DNA from: Podospora anserina
Taxonomy: Eukaryota
Direction of reading: 5' to 3'
DNA length: 64,000 nt
Assembly (NCBI GenBank): GCA_017654855.1
Contig: CM030332.1
Location: forward strand, 4,712,001 to 4,776,000
Part shown: in pieces, positions 47,291 to 59,324 of the stretch
Layout: each line of letters starts with the position of its first letter
Position numbering within the stretch: position 1 is the first letter of the stretch
Translations under genes and position numbers: made by a program
The notes under the pieces: model-generated
Databases searched by the model: none
Told to the model about the DNA's origin: nothing
The model's input: the letters and a program-made list of their open reading frames with translations, nothing else

Positions 47291-50200
47291 CGAGCCTGAC
47301 CTCAACCGGGCTCAACAGTTATGACCCGATAAGGTAGGGCCATATAACCAATGTTTCTGGAGCGAACTTGACTCCGAAGCAGAGAGCCTGAATCTATACC
47401 TGTGGTCGTGCTAGACAGGGACAAAATTGACGGCCGACTGAAAAGCTATACCCCAGTTTCACGCGCTCGATAAGAATCTGTGTCCACGCTGGCAAAGTGT
47501 GATACCGTGAAACATAAAAATCCACTCACGGCGAAGTAAACTCCTACCAACTCGACCTTCACTGGGGAATTTCCGTCCATGTGTCCGACCACTGCGGCTG
47601 TGGTCGATGTAGCCCAAGGAATAGTAGTGTACCTGTAAGAGTGAGCTGTGATAACACAGCCGGCAGGTGTAATATGAGCATTCTCATCGTCCAACGATAG
47701 CCGTATGATAAGTCGATGAAGACGGGTTGTTGAATACGCGCCTGAAGCGTGATCTGGTACAACCATTACACCGAACCTGACAACTTGACAAGCTGACAAA
47801 CACAACATGACATCCTCGGAAAGCTTCTTTGAAGGAAGTCAGTTGGCCAGCCAGCAAGATCAAACAGCGTGGGAATCGTCTCAAGTATTTGTGGAGGTCT
47901 CAGGAGAGAGAATACAATCTCGCCAGCTCAAGCTCCTGATTGTGATTTATGGAATTTGAGTCTTCCAAGTCAGGTCAAGACTCTGTAGAAGCCAGCTGGG
48001 GCGGGTGCCGAGCACCGAGAAAGCGAAGCCGTGTCTCACGAGCGGTTACTCGCGATGCACCTGCAGATCAATCTCGTGACGTTGAGTCGATTAAGATTTG
48101 CTTCGACGGGTGTTTGGTTCGTTTCTGTTCATTTGGCTAGCCTTCTCGAACTGCCAAGCAACTCAAGAGTCCACCTCCGTTTCCTCGGTTCAATTCATCG
48201 TGTTCAACTTGCCACCCAAGACCTGTGGCTCTGGTGGCTTCGAGGGGCAACAGCTGCGCTTGTCATGGAAAACCTGGCTGTTGTGTTCCGACTTGGAAAA
48301 GCAATGGCTTTTGAGCTCTATGCATGCCGAAGGCCCACCCACATTGGGCAACTTACTCCGGTTACTTGAGCATCGCAAACATTGTTGGTTAAGCACCTGG
48401 TGTGTTGAAGCAACACCATCGTGATATAGAGATCTTGTTATCATAGCAAATCGATAAAACTGATAAGAGGAGAGGGGCAAAAAGAGAGCCACCCCGCAAT
48501 AGTCTGGCGATCCACTGCCCCGCAGACCCACCTCGAAATCAACGCTCAAGGGTCGCCTGGGGATCCCTGCTTTGCCGTTTGGGGTCGTTTTAATGTTGAG
48601 TCAAAGTCGTCTAGATATCGAATGTCGAAAAACAATGTTTGGTTATGCATGAAATACCGCGACTCGCTATGTTTGAGCCAGGCACACCATCGCGCCTGGG
48701 GTTCTATTTTGGTAGGATGGGCACAGGCATAGCTACCAAGTATGCACGGGATCTAGAGAGCTTCACAGGTCCCATTGCACGGCGTTCCGTCCCAAAGAGC
48801 ACAGCTCTTGTCTGCTACTATCTTTTTTTGGGAGCTTTGCCAGGAAAGCTTCCTAGCATGGGGGTAGCTCGGGAGAGTCCGCCCGGCATCCAATCATGTC
48901 GGCGCATGTGCTCAACTTGTCGAAACTCGAGCACTTTTTCTCGTTTGCTCGACAGGCACCCCACCCCTTCTTGATCACGTCCGGGAGGCCCGTCATCCGT
49001 TGTTCAACCGAGTCAAGTCCGTCACCAGCCCGTGTCAGTCGGCTTCAGCGACGAATGGAGAAAACAAAACTCTCGTTTCCCCCCCACTGGCGCTTCGACT
49101 GTCCGATACGAAGATGTTTGAACCTCCAAGGAAGGCAGGCCTGGTACAGAGTAGGCTGAGCTGAATGAATTGAGAGCAGACCACGGAGCTCTCAGCTCAG
49201 ACAACCGGTTTCTTGTTGGCCAGAAAACAGGCGCTGCGTGGGCGGAAGCTCGCCTCTCGCATCATCCCAGCTGCCGCTTGTTCTGGCCATCCTACCTTGG
49301 AAAGACGTCGAGGCGCCTGACACCACCTGACCTGACCGCCTCGAGAGACTAGAGGCCTCTGTTGCCAGGTTCCAGGTCAAGAGTCCTGGGCATCCCAGTT
49401 TGCGGCTGCACCACGAGTATGAGTTGACGCATTTTGCATGGAATTGCACAGCGTGATGGCAGCTTTTGTCTGCCATGCTGACTCCCGAAGCAAGAGTCCA
49501 TTTTCCCCTGTCTGCCCTGACGACAAGACGCCAGCAGCTGCGGGTTCGACCCCGTCTTCTTCTTCCCTTATCCATCCCACACCTCCAGCTCCGGGATTTC
49601 GTGGAGGCGATCCTACCCCGGCACAGTAGGCGTGGCTTGTTCAGACTGTGGCCTGCTAGCCAGTACTTGTACAGACACCAGGCTCGGGGCGCCGTTGAGC
49701 GGGTTTGCGAAGCACGGCAGTCTCTCTTTAACCAGGTGGGCAAGGCTTGGACTAAACAGGTAGCAGACAGCGTGGACAGAAAGAGCTGCTTCCGGAGCGG
49801 GAGACCCAAAGATACCTAGGCGCATGGCTCAATACCCGTCAATGAGAATGTCGGCACCGTGTCACTGCTTGCTCGCTGATGCTTACCTTAGTGCTTGTCC
49901 CTGTCTGGGGTGTGCTTGGCTCCCATTGCTTGATTTCGAGGACGGTCCCCGCTTCGATCCCCACCCTCTCCCTTCGAGCTGTTCCATCCATTCATTGTCT
50001 TCGCTCCCACCCCAGGCCCCAAGGGGAATTGCCACCACCGCCCGTCCATTCTTCGAAACACCTCTTGTTACACCTGCAAGAGGGAGCTTGGAGCTCTTTC
50101 TTCCCCAAAGCGCAATTCCAGAAAACAATTCATTTTCTAGCTTACCGTCGACAGGTCCAAATGTAACAAGCTTCGCGGTTGTCTTTTTTCTCGACTGCTC

Positions 50201-50371
50201 AATTGAATTACCTACTGCGACCCCGACCCTAACCGCTCAGCTTCTTATCAGCACCGCAATTGCCTGTCGCTGCCTATCGTCGCTATCGCTATCATCGCCT
50301 ATCGACTCGACCTCCGAGAGCACCTCCCCGCCAGAGCACTCGACATCGCATGGTGGGGTTAGCATCTCAAG

Positions 50372-51842
50372 ATGCCTCCAAGGTCTTCTCTCACTTCGTC
50401 CTTTTCCATTACCGACGCCAACAATGAGGTTGTGTGCCCGCTTCACAATCAGGATGGCTCCAGTTGCAGAAAGCGCTGCATTGGCGTAAGTCTGACCCGT
50501 CTGATCTCGACCGCCACAGCTTGCGCTGACAAGGCTCCCGACTGCAGGAGAAGAGATACCGCTCAATGCAGGAGCATATTCGAAGAGCGCATCCAGAGCA
50601 CTACATCGCCAAGCTGCCTGCAACCGAGGAGAGCTTCTTGCTCATGATCAACACCCCACCGCGACCGACCGCCCAGCCTACCTCTGCTCCAGCGCACATG
50701 AGCCAGAACAAAGGACCGGCGCATGGCTACCGTAGAGATGACTCCAGTGCCCCTGGCACCCCGCGGCACCCTGATGAGTACCAGGGCGGAGCCGCCATGT
50801 ATCCTGCTGCAGCCGCCCTGGCGCAGCTGCACAGCTACAAGAGCGAGCACGGATGGGAGTCTGAAGGGGTGAGTGGAAATCGCTGTTGAATTGCAGTGCG
50901 CAAACGCTGATTGGAATTTCTTTCATACAGGACTGGCATTCAGACCACGAAGGCGGCAGGCCGAGGACATCGGTCGAACTGCCACCCATACATCTGACCA
51001 ATGCAGATGTGACGAGCATGCCGTATTCCGGTCTTGATCCTAATAGGCGTCGCGAGGTTCTTCCCTCGATTATGGCCAACTCTCCCCCAGGCCGATCATC
51101 AACCCTCCCGCCACTGCACAGACCCCTAGATGCCAACCGCCCGCGCAAGCAGTCCATCTCAAAACGGAGCCATCACCGGAGAAAATCCAAGGGTGCTGCC
51201 GCTGAATGGCTGCGCCGGATTCAAAATGATGTGAATCCCGATCTCCTCAAACCAGGCGGTGCCGACAGAAAAGCCCTTTCGGTCGAGCCAACAACTGATT
51301 TTGGCAAGCGCTGGGAGGATCTGATCGATGCGGCCGCCTCGGCAACGGAAGACATCGATGAGGACAGAACTCCAGTGAGTCTGAAATTCCCTTCCATGTT
51401 CGACCCACGCCTGACGACCCAGGTGCCTCAGTCGCCCGTATCCATCCCACGTGCATCACTGCCGCCATTCCCTCACAATACTTTCACGAGCTACCAAGCG
51501 TCCCCCTTGCAACAAGCCCTCACGCCCCCGTCTTACAACAACGAAGGCCCCGACCCGTTCCCGTCGGTCGAGAGCGGCGAAAGCGGCGATAATTTTCACA
51601 TCGAATCTCGGGGCCTGTCCGATTCGTCGCCCAGCTTTTCCTCCCAGAACACGCAGATATACTGCGCTGCCTGCCAGGGCGTCTCGCTACTGCGGGAATC
51701 TTATGCTTGTACCGAGTGCATCTGCGGTCTTTGCCAGGCATGCGTCGACGTCTTGATGGGCGAACAGGGTGCTCGCAGGAAATGCCCGCGTTGCGCCACG
51801 ATAGGGGGCCGCTTCAAACCCTTTCAGCTCGACATTCGGTAA
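50372..51842 (+). CDS. Zinc-finger protein: N-terminal C2H2-like finger and C-terminal RING-like Cys cluster
   Basis: Exons 50372-50485, 50548-50868, 50931-51374, 51423-51842 (last acceptor could be 51431). N-terminal CPLHNQDGSSCRKRCIGEKRYRSMQEHIRRAH; C-terminal CAAC...CTECICGLCQAC...CPRC. Confidence 0.85.
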
Positions 51843-52889
51843 ATCATTTTGACCGAGTCATTGACGCTGCCTCAACGTCTTCTCTACTGTCTTTTCTACT
51901 AATCATTATACGGACTTGGCGTCAACCTCGGGCGGTTTCTTCACTTTCATACGGCCATCATTTTCATCACCATCGGCATCTGTGGGATATAGCAACATCA
52001 TTTTTACGACACTTCATGTAACACCCATCACGAGAATGGGTTTTTGGTTGAGGGGATGAGCCTCGACATGTAGGGATACTCGCACAGCAGCGACTGAGGA
52101 CTTTTTGACGACTACACGAACCATCCAGCGAGCCCGATGGGCATTTCGCTTCAATCTGATCAGTGAAGGATATATACCCTTTTCATATGGGCCCGATCTT
52201 CGTTGGGGATGGTCAAACCAACATAGCATGGATCGACTGGGGGGTTCTATTGGCGTAGCTGGTTTGAATTTTGTCTGGGGAAGACCAAAACGGCGTTTTT
52301 GCTTTTCCTTGCGTTTTTTGATCTTTCTGCCTCCTCACGTTATTTGATGCTCTGACACTTTGACGTTTCTAGTTGTGAAACTGCTTTCTTTCACGCCTCA
52401 TTGAGGCCAGTTGGCGTTGGCTGGGTTACGCGAGACCTTTTGCTTTTCAGTTCTTTTCAGTTCTTGCCCTTGCTCAGCATGTCAGCTAGCTTGCGCGTTT
52501 TTGCTTTTGGCTTTGGGGAGATCTCGTAAGCGATTTCGTCATGACATTGTTTTAGCGATGAGGTGTGGGGAGTTTCTGGGTTAGAGGACCGCCGATCTAC
52601 TTTGTCTGGATCCTGAGGTCGACAACACCGTTTCCCCATTCAACTAGAAGAGAATTTCTCTCAACGACTACCACCGGGTTGTTGTTGCTTACGGCCTGGC
52701 CTTGCCGACAGCTTTATCGAATATTTTGAATTCTCTGTAGGGTAGTAAGGCAATTTTCACATAGGACCTAGCAAGGCAATTCCTGCCTGTTTTGAGTTGA
52801 CATCCTTTGCTGTGCGTGCTGCCTGGGTGTGTTGACTTTCTCTTGAATGAAACTTGAAGAAGGTATGTGTAGTAGTGGTTACCTCAAGG

Positions 52890-53949
52890 TCAATCACCAA
52901 ACTGAACGGGCCTCTGCACCATCCACTCCTCTGCAGTAAGAACCTTTTTCTCGTCCTCATTGCCTCGTTCTTTTTAGTATTGGTTTAAACTTACCTGGTA
53001 TTATTCACCCCTGCCCCCGTCGCACTCAAATCTATCCACGGTCTTGATCAAAATATCATTGTTCGGCCTGACAAACTGCACGATACTGTACCTCTTTTTT
53101 ATCCCGTCGCTTCCAACAGTGGCACAGCAGGGTGTTTAGCTGGTTTGAGGTAGCCGTTTGAGTATCTTCCCTAGATTGACGATGGCTTGCCCGGTGAGAG
53201 GCCGGACCCATTCCCATTACCCGGGGATCGGGGAAGTGGTGGATTCTATGTCGAGGCCGCCGAGCAGAGTTAAAGAGGATGATGGTTGCGGTTGCTGAAG
53301 TTGGTCTTTGGGGGGAGCGGGGTGGGGGGCTCTGTGCCATTTCATTGTGGCGAGGAGTAGGTGGTATGTGTTAGGCGCCTAATCATGGTTGAAAAAGTCG
53401 TCGAGATTGGTGAAAGTGATGGCTGAGGAGGGCAAGTTACAAGTTTTTGGACTAGGATGGTCAAGAGGGCATGGCAGGTGGATATGAAAAGGTTTTTTGC
53501 AAGGGGAGATGGGGGGGTTACTCCCGAGAGCAAGTCAGAAGAGGTAGCAGGGTGGAAGAGGGCATCTTTGCCAATGTTGAAGAACCTGGTTGTGTGACTG
53601 GGTGGGTGGATGGGATCGGTTGTTTCGACTTTGCCGGCTGGCTTGTAACTAACTACCATAACGAGACGGCCTTTTTTTTGGAGGGAGTATTTCTTTTTTC
53701 GTCGCGAGTGGTGAAGCTGAAAAGAGTCTCGGCGAGATCGTAGGGTTGGGAGGATTGAGAGAGGATGGCGGCGGCGCCTTGGGGGGTGGTGGCGGAGGCC
53801 GAGGTGAAAGAAGCCTTGGTTTTTGCATGCTGAAAGGGGTTTAGATGATTCTGTGGGGCCGCGCGGTAGTAGTCTTGTGTGTGAGATGGTGGTTAGGGAT
53901 GCCAAGGGAGGTTTGGTGGGAATGGGGGAGTTGACGATGAGTCAGTCAT
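52890..53949 (-). pseudogene. Decayed 2OG-Fe(II) dioxygenase (DIOX_N + 2OG-FeII_Oxy) pseudogene
   Basis: Collinear motifs in shifting frames: PPFPPNLP/LASLTTISH.RLL, ACKNQGFFHL, YKPAG...FFNIGKD, LPPKTNFS (where HTDFG is expected), TIILFN, WEWVRPLTGQAIVNLG, RYSIVQFVRP, LTAEEWM. Multiple frameshifts and stops, e.g. about 53905 and 53342. Confidence 0.82.
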
Positions 53950-56102
53950 GGCTGATAGCTGTTTTGAAGAACATTAATTGAAGGAAGGGTTAGTGAGGTG
54001 AGAACAATAACAGATTGGGATAGCTTTGGTCAGCTTACAGCTCTGACAGCTTAATACTACCAGCTAATCACCCACCAAGAAACACAAGCACGTCCAAGGA
54101 GGAGGTGGGGCCGCCAGGAATGCTCCAGACGGTAACTCGACTAAGCTGCAAGGGAGGGAAACCTCTTGCCATTCATTCAGGCTAGATTGCCCTCTTCAAG
54201 ATATTTTGGTTGTACGAAATACGAAGTGAGCTTTCTCATTAGTGTTCGTCACATATCAGCTGTGATGTAGAAGGTCTTGTCCGACTGGGTATAAAGAGAG
54301 ATATTTTTACCTATATATTTCAGACGATGCAATCTTTCTAGCCCCTTTTTTCATTTTTGTTTCTAATCAGGAAGGTATGGAAACGACTGACACGAACTGG
54401 TTGCTAGGGGGACACGCCAAGCTAACCCCCTGCCCCCTTTTTTCAGCTGAGCCCTACATAATCTTGGCAACGTCTACTGGTGCGGATCATTGACATGGGT
54501 TGCCAGCCTCAACTTCAGCTGCCCTTGGCGCTGTGAATTTCGCCATCATGTTCAACGGCTTCAAAATTGTGGATTCGATTAACGTCTTGATGCTTAAAAG
54601 CGGCCAATTCGTAGCTGGTCCCCATGACTCCGATGGTGATCATAAGGTCCAGTGGAACGCAGTGCGCAAACCCCCACGATGAAGCTTCACCGCGTTTGCC
54701 GCGTCATTCGTGCTCGCCGAAGCCGACATGATTGCTGCAGAGAAGGGGAGGTAATTGCCGAGGAGAAAATGCTGAATGTTGCGGCAATATGGATGAATTG
54801 CCAAGCAATCTACCAACCCTTTGGCGAGGGCTAAGGTCTTGGGCAAAGCTTCGACTGCAAGTAATCTATTCGTTGGCACCCTGTGCGTTATTCTTGTCAG
54901 TTCTCGGGCCGCTGCCCCCTTTGACAGACGATGATCATCACCACAATCGACTACCACCACCACCCCAAGGCTCGATCGTGGGTCCAGAGCCTGGTTTTAA
55001 AGCTCAAAGGCCAGGTTGCTATCTTCTCAGGTGTACATTGCGTATTTAGCCTGGTGAGGAGGTGGTGGTCATTGGGATGCAAGGAACGCCCCACTTGTGC
55101 TGGTGAGTGTGCGAGTTGACGGGTTGTAGGTTGCAATGGATCGCGTCTAGAATGACGGGAGGACGAGCCTCGTAGGCTCATCGGGCGGGAGAGTGATGGC
55201 AGAGTTGCGGTGTATGAGGGGTGCTTTGTGACTTCTTTGGCGCTAGAATTTGTTGAATGCCGGTACCCGAAAGACTGTCTTGTTTCCAGTACAAAATGGG
55301 GAGACCTCGTCAGATCGTTTGCTCAGTGGCTAAGTGGGCTCGTCGTTTGTCGTCCGGTCTAGTTAAAAGTTCTTGCATTTTCTGTCATTGGGCTGTTCTC
55401 ATCCATCTCAATCTTATTGCTCTTCTTAACTTTTAACAAGGACTTTGTGTTGCACCACCCCCTCTCTGGCAAAGAGGCCATCGGTTGACCTGCGTTTCAC
55501 TAACCATTGGAGTGGTATCGTGAAGAAAACTGAGAAGGCGCCATCCCGGAGTATTCAGCCCTGTGAATGCAACTAGCCGTTCGCAGCCAGAGTTGCCAAA
55601 ATCAGCTTCCCCCTGGGCATCACCGCGAGGCCGCCTTGTCCGTTACACTTGTCGTATCCATTTGGGTCCGCGTGAGTTGCAACAAACGGGTTACAGCGGT
55701 GGTTCAAGTCACAAGTTTGATAGGAGTTCATCCGAACCTGACGACATCGATTTGAAAGAGTCAAGTGGCTCTTCAAAAAGCCAAGAGCGACACACTTCTG
55801 GTCTGCCAGACACTTTCCAACGAATCCATCTGTGGAACAAGTCAAAGGCGACGTACCCGAGCCTTACCACATCGTTCTTTCCTTCTGGTGACCAACATCC
55901 AGCGTGAAATCTTTCACAGTGCACAGAGCTCCAGGCAGGACCTCTCCACCGAGACACCGACCTTCAACCCTCCCGAGCTCTCGAAACTCAACATCTCCAC
56001 CTTACCTGCCTGGAGGCTCGTTAGCCTCCAGCATTCAGCCAGTCCCAAACTTAGCAGTATTTTCATCGGTATCTGGCACAGCTCTATGCACCCGAAACAA
56101 CA

Positions 56103-57138
56103 ATGGCCAACGGCATCTTTTTTGTTTCTTGGGAGTTGTGGCAGCAGATGACTTTTGTATGTCCTCTACCTTACCTTCCTCAAAATGCTGTTTGAGGGTT
56201 TCGTTTTGCTAACTAGGCGTACCTGGCAGATCCTAGCTATGGGAATAGTGGCTGTATTTTGTGCAGGGCTGATGAAACTCTGGTGGAATAACCGTCTGGT
56301 GAAAAAACAAGAGCTGTTGGACGAAGAGAAGAGGCTGCGGGTGGAGGAGATGCGCAGGTCAGGTCTTGGCATGAAGCGAACGAACGATATCCCCTTCGGA
56401 GTTCGAGCTATACAGGGTGGCGTGGAGGTTGATGGGATATGGATCTCAAGACCTGCATCCCAGGACGACCCAGCTACTGCGAAGCTTGTATCCTCCAATT
56501 CGACGGCAAGTAGCCAATCTTCTGCCTTACCACCGGTCTCCCAAGTCTCTTTGGAGAGCCAACGACCGCTTTTTCGAACAATGGGCGGCTTGAATGAGGA
56601 TACACTTCGAAGTTTGGAGGGGCATGGATCGAGACAGCCTCACGATATCTACGTCCCCACTTCGAGTCAACAAATACCCCGTTATCCTAGTCAGCAAAGC
56701 TCAGCGTCGTCGCTGGGAGAGTCTGCCTCGGCAAGAAGCGGGAGTGGGAAGGGCAACTCATCGGCACTCAATTCGAGGGTCTATGCGCCAAAACCACTTC
56801 GTGAAGGACAGTATCAGTACCATCAGGTGGATAGTGCGCGGAATGGGCAGGACTCACCCCCAGATCCTTTTCAAACCCCGGCCCGTACACCCAGTGGATT
56901 CTCAGTTCGACTACCCAGTAGAACACAGACTCCCCTGTTACCAGTGAGCAGCATACCAGCCCCCGAGCCGACCTTTGGGCCCGGCGACTTGCACTTGAAC
57001 CGTTCTTCTCGGAGGGTGAACGGGGGATTCGAGATTCTACCAGCTGGAACTTTTGGAGGCCCAAGGAAGCTTGACCACTCCGTGAACCCAGTTCCGGGCA
57101 GAACTGCGTCCCAGTCTCCCAATAAGCCGAGGACATAG
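56103..57138 (+). CDS. Hypothetical fungal protein with an N-terminal TM anchor
   Basis: Exon 1 56103-56156 (MANGIFFVSWELWQQMTF), intron 56157-56229, then ILAMGIVAVFCAGLMKLWW and an ordered-looking block DIPFGVRAIQGGVEVDGIWISRP, followed by a Ser/Pro-rich tail. Confidence 0.8.
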
Positions 57139-57536
57139 TCGAATGGGGTTGAAGGCAGAGCTATAGCTATGAATTATGAACTTGTATACACCGTCATGTT
57201 GGAAATAGCTTTTGGGTGTTAACCATCGGATGAGACAGGAAACTTAAGGAGTGAGCTTCGGAGGCCGGAGAAGGATGGTATGAATTTGAGAGGCCCGTAT
57301 TTTTGGAAACTGTTATCACCCTTTCCGCTTTTACAAATTGCTGGGGAAACTTTGTTGGCTAATCGTAACTGTGGATGAAAAAATATAAATTCATATTGAC
57401 TTTGAAGCTTCATGAAGCTCCAAGGGACCCAATCGGCATGCCCCACATTTCCAGGCACGCAGCGGGGTGGTGGTCTTGGCACCGCAGGTTGCTCGACCCA
57501 CCCTTAACAGGTCAGGCGAAAGTGGTCACGGGATTC

Positions 57537-57574
57537 CGCGTCGTTGTTGCTCCAAAGCTTAACGCGCCCCGCGC
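57537..57574. promoter_or_regulatory. Cluster of MCB-like CGCG cores upstream of RAD51
   Basis: CGCGT (57537-57541), AACGCG (57561-57566) and CCGCGC (57569-57574), 140-180 nt before the ATG. Yeast RAD51 is MBF/MCB-regulated; function here is inferred. Confidence 0.4.
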
Positions 57575-57715
57575 CCACTGAATTTATTCGGGTCAACACC
57601 AACTTTCACCTACACGCATCTTCTTCGCCCTTCCAATCCCATACTTGATTGTATCGCAAACCTCCGAAGCTGGAACAGGAAAGAGAGCATTGTCCACCCT
57701 CGCGAATCAAGAAAC

Positions 57716-58821
57716 ATGTCGGCTCACGAGGAATACGATGAATCAGCGATGGAGGATGGGGGACCCAACCCTGGCGCGCCCACACCCCTCGCAGCCTTGG
57801 AGGTACGTTTTAACTACCTCCCACCCTTCCATTTCCAAAATCATTGACTTAGAATTTTTAGGGCGTTGCAGGTCTGACTAAACGTGACATTCAAATGATC
57901 ATCGAGGGAGGCTACAACACGGTTGAGTCCGTCGCCTATACACCAAGGAGGGTACTTGAACAGATCAAGGGTATCTCGGAACAGAAAGCTCAAAAGATCC
58001 TCACTGAAGCTTCGAAACTCGTCCCCATGGGCTTCACTACTGCTACGGAAATGCATCAGCGTCGCAGTGAGCTCATCTCCATCACGACGGGCTCCAAGAA
58101 CCTTGACACACTGTTGGCTGGTGGCATCGAAACCGGCAGCGTAACTGAAATCTTCGGCGAGTTTCGCACGGGAAAGTCACAAATCTGCCACACACTGGCC
58201 GTGACATGTCAGTTGCCTTTTGATATGGGCGGCGGCGAGGGAAAGTGCATGTACATCGACACAGAAGGCACCTTTCGCCCCGTCCGTCTTCTTGCTGTGG
58301 CCAATCGATATGGTCTTTCTGGGGAAGAGGTTCTCGACAATGTCGCCTATGCGAGAGCGTACAACTCGGATCATCAACTGCAGTTATTGAATCAAGCAGC
58401 CGCCATGATGTGCGAGACACGATTCAGTCTTCTGATTGTTGACTCAGCCACCTCGCTCTACCGAACTGACTTTTTGGGTCGTGGTGAGCTCAGCTCTCGT
58501 CAGACCCATCTCGCCAAGTTCATGCGTACTCTTCAGCGTCTTGCTGATGAGTTCGGGATTGCTGTCGTTATTACGAACCAGGTGGTGGCACAGGTCGATG
58601 GCGGTCCATCAGCCATGTTCAACCCCGACCCCAAGAAGCCCATCGGCGGCAACATCATCGCACATGCCAGTACAACACGCATCAGTTTAAAGAAGGGAAG
58701 GGCTGAGACAAGAATAGCCAAGATTTACGACAGTCCTTGTCTGCCAGAGAGTGACTGTCTTTTCGCGATTGGCGAAGATGGTATCGGGGACCCGGCCCCC
58801 AAGGACATGGAGAAGAACTGA
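57716..58821 (+). CDS. RAD51: DNA recombinase Rad51 (mei-3/uvsC orthologue)
   Basis: Exon 1 57716-57802, intron 57803-57861. Motifs GFTTATE, Walker [34 protein letters not shown]. Confidence 0.97.
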
Positions 58822-59324
58822 TGGATTCTCTCCAAAGGCATGGGGTCAATGAGTCTAGTATACATGTATTTATTTGAGCAGACATGAAGGATGAACGGGA
58901 TGCATTGCAAAGGTTATGGGATGGTAATGAAGGGTCATGGTAGGGACAAGCAAGGCGTTTCGAGACATTGCATTTGTAGGATGATCTTATCTGATTTTAG
59001 CTTGTATTTTCAGTACTGAATTAATTGCATGGAATTCCTGGCTTATTACCTACCATACAAAACAAAAGCATAAATCAAGGTTCCAGTTGGCTGATGGTCG
59101 AGATGCTCCCGCCTGTTGTGTCTTATCAGCTTATCAGAAAACCCACCCTAGCTCAGCCCGGGCCATTCTGCCCAGTCTTGCTCAGACCTTCCTTGCTTGC
59201 TTGGCAAGGCGGCCAGAATTCTGCCCTCCAAAGCTCAAGAACCGCGACCACTCTACCAGCAACGAAACGCGACAACGCCCCCGGGATCGTCGATTGGTCG
59301 CTAAAAACATCACATGGGGTCAAG

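Noticed and set aside
47320..50350. Short ORFs upstream of the Zn-finger gene, e.g. 49192-49809 and 49824-50489
   Set aside because: No domain signatures; consistent with a long regulatory region and 5'UTR of a transcription-factor-like gene.
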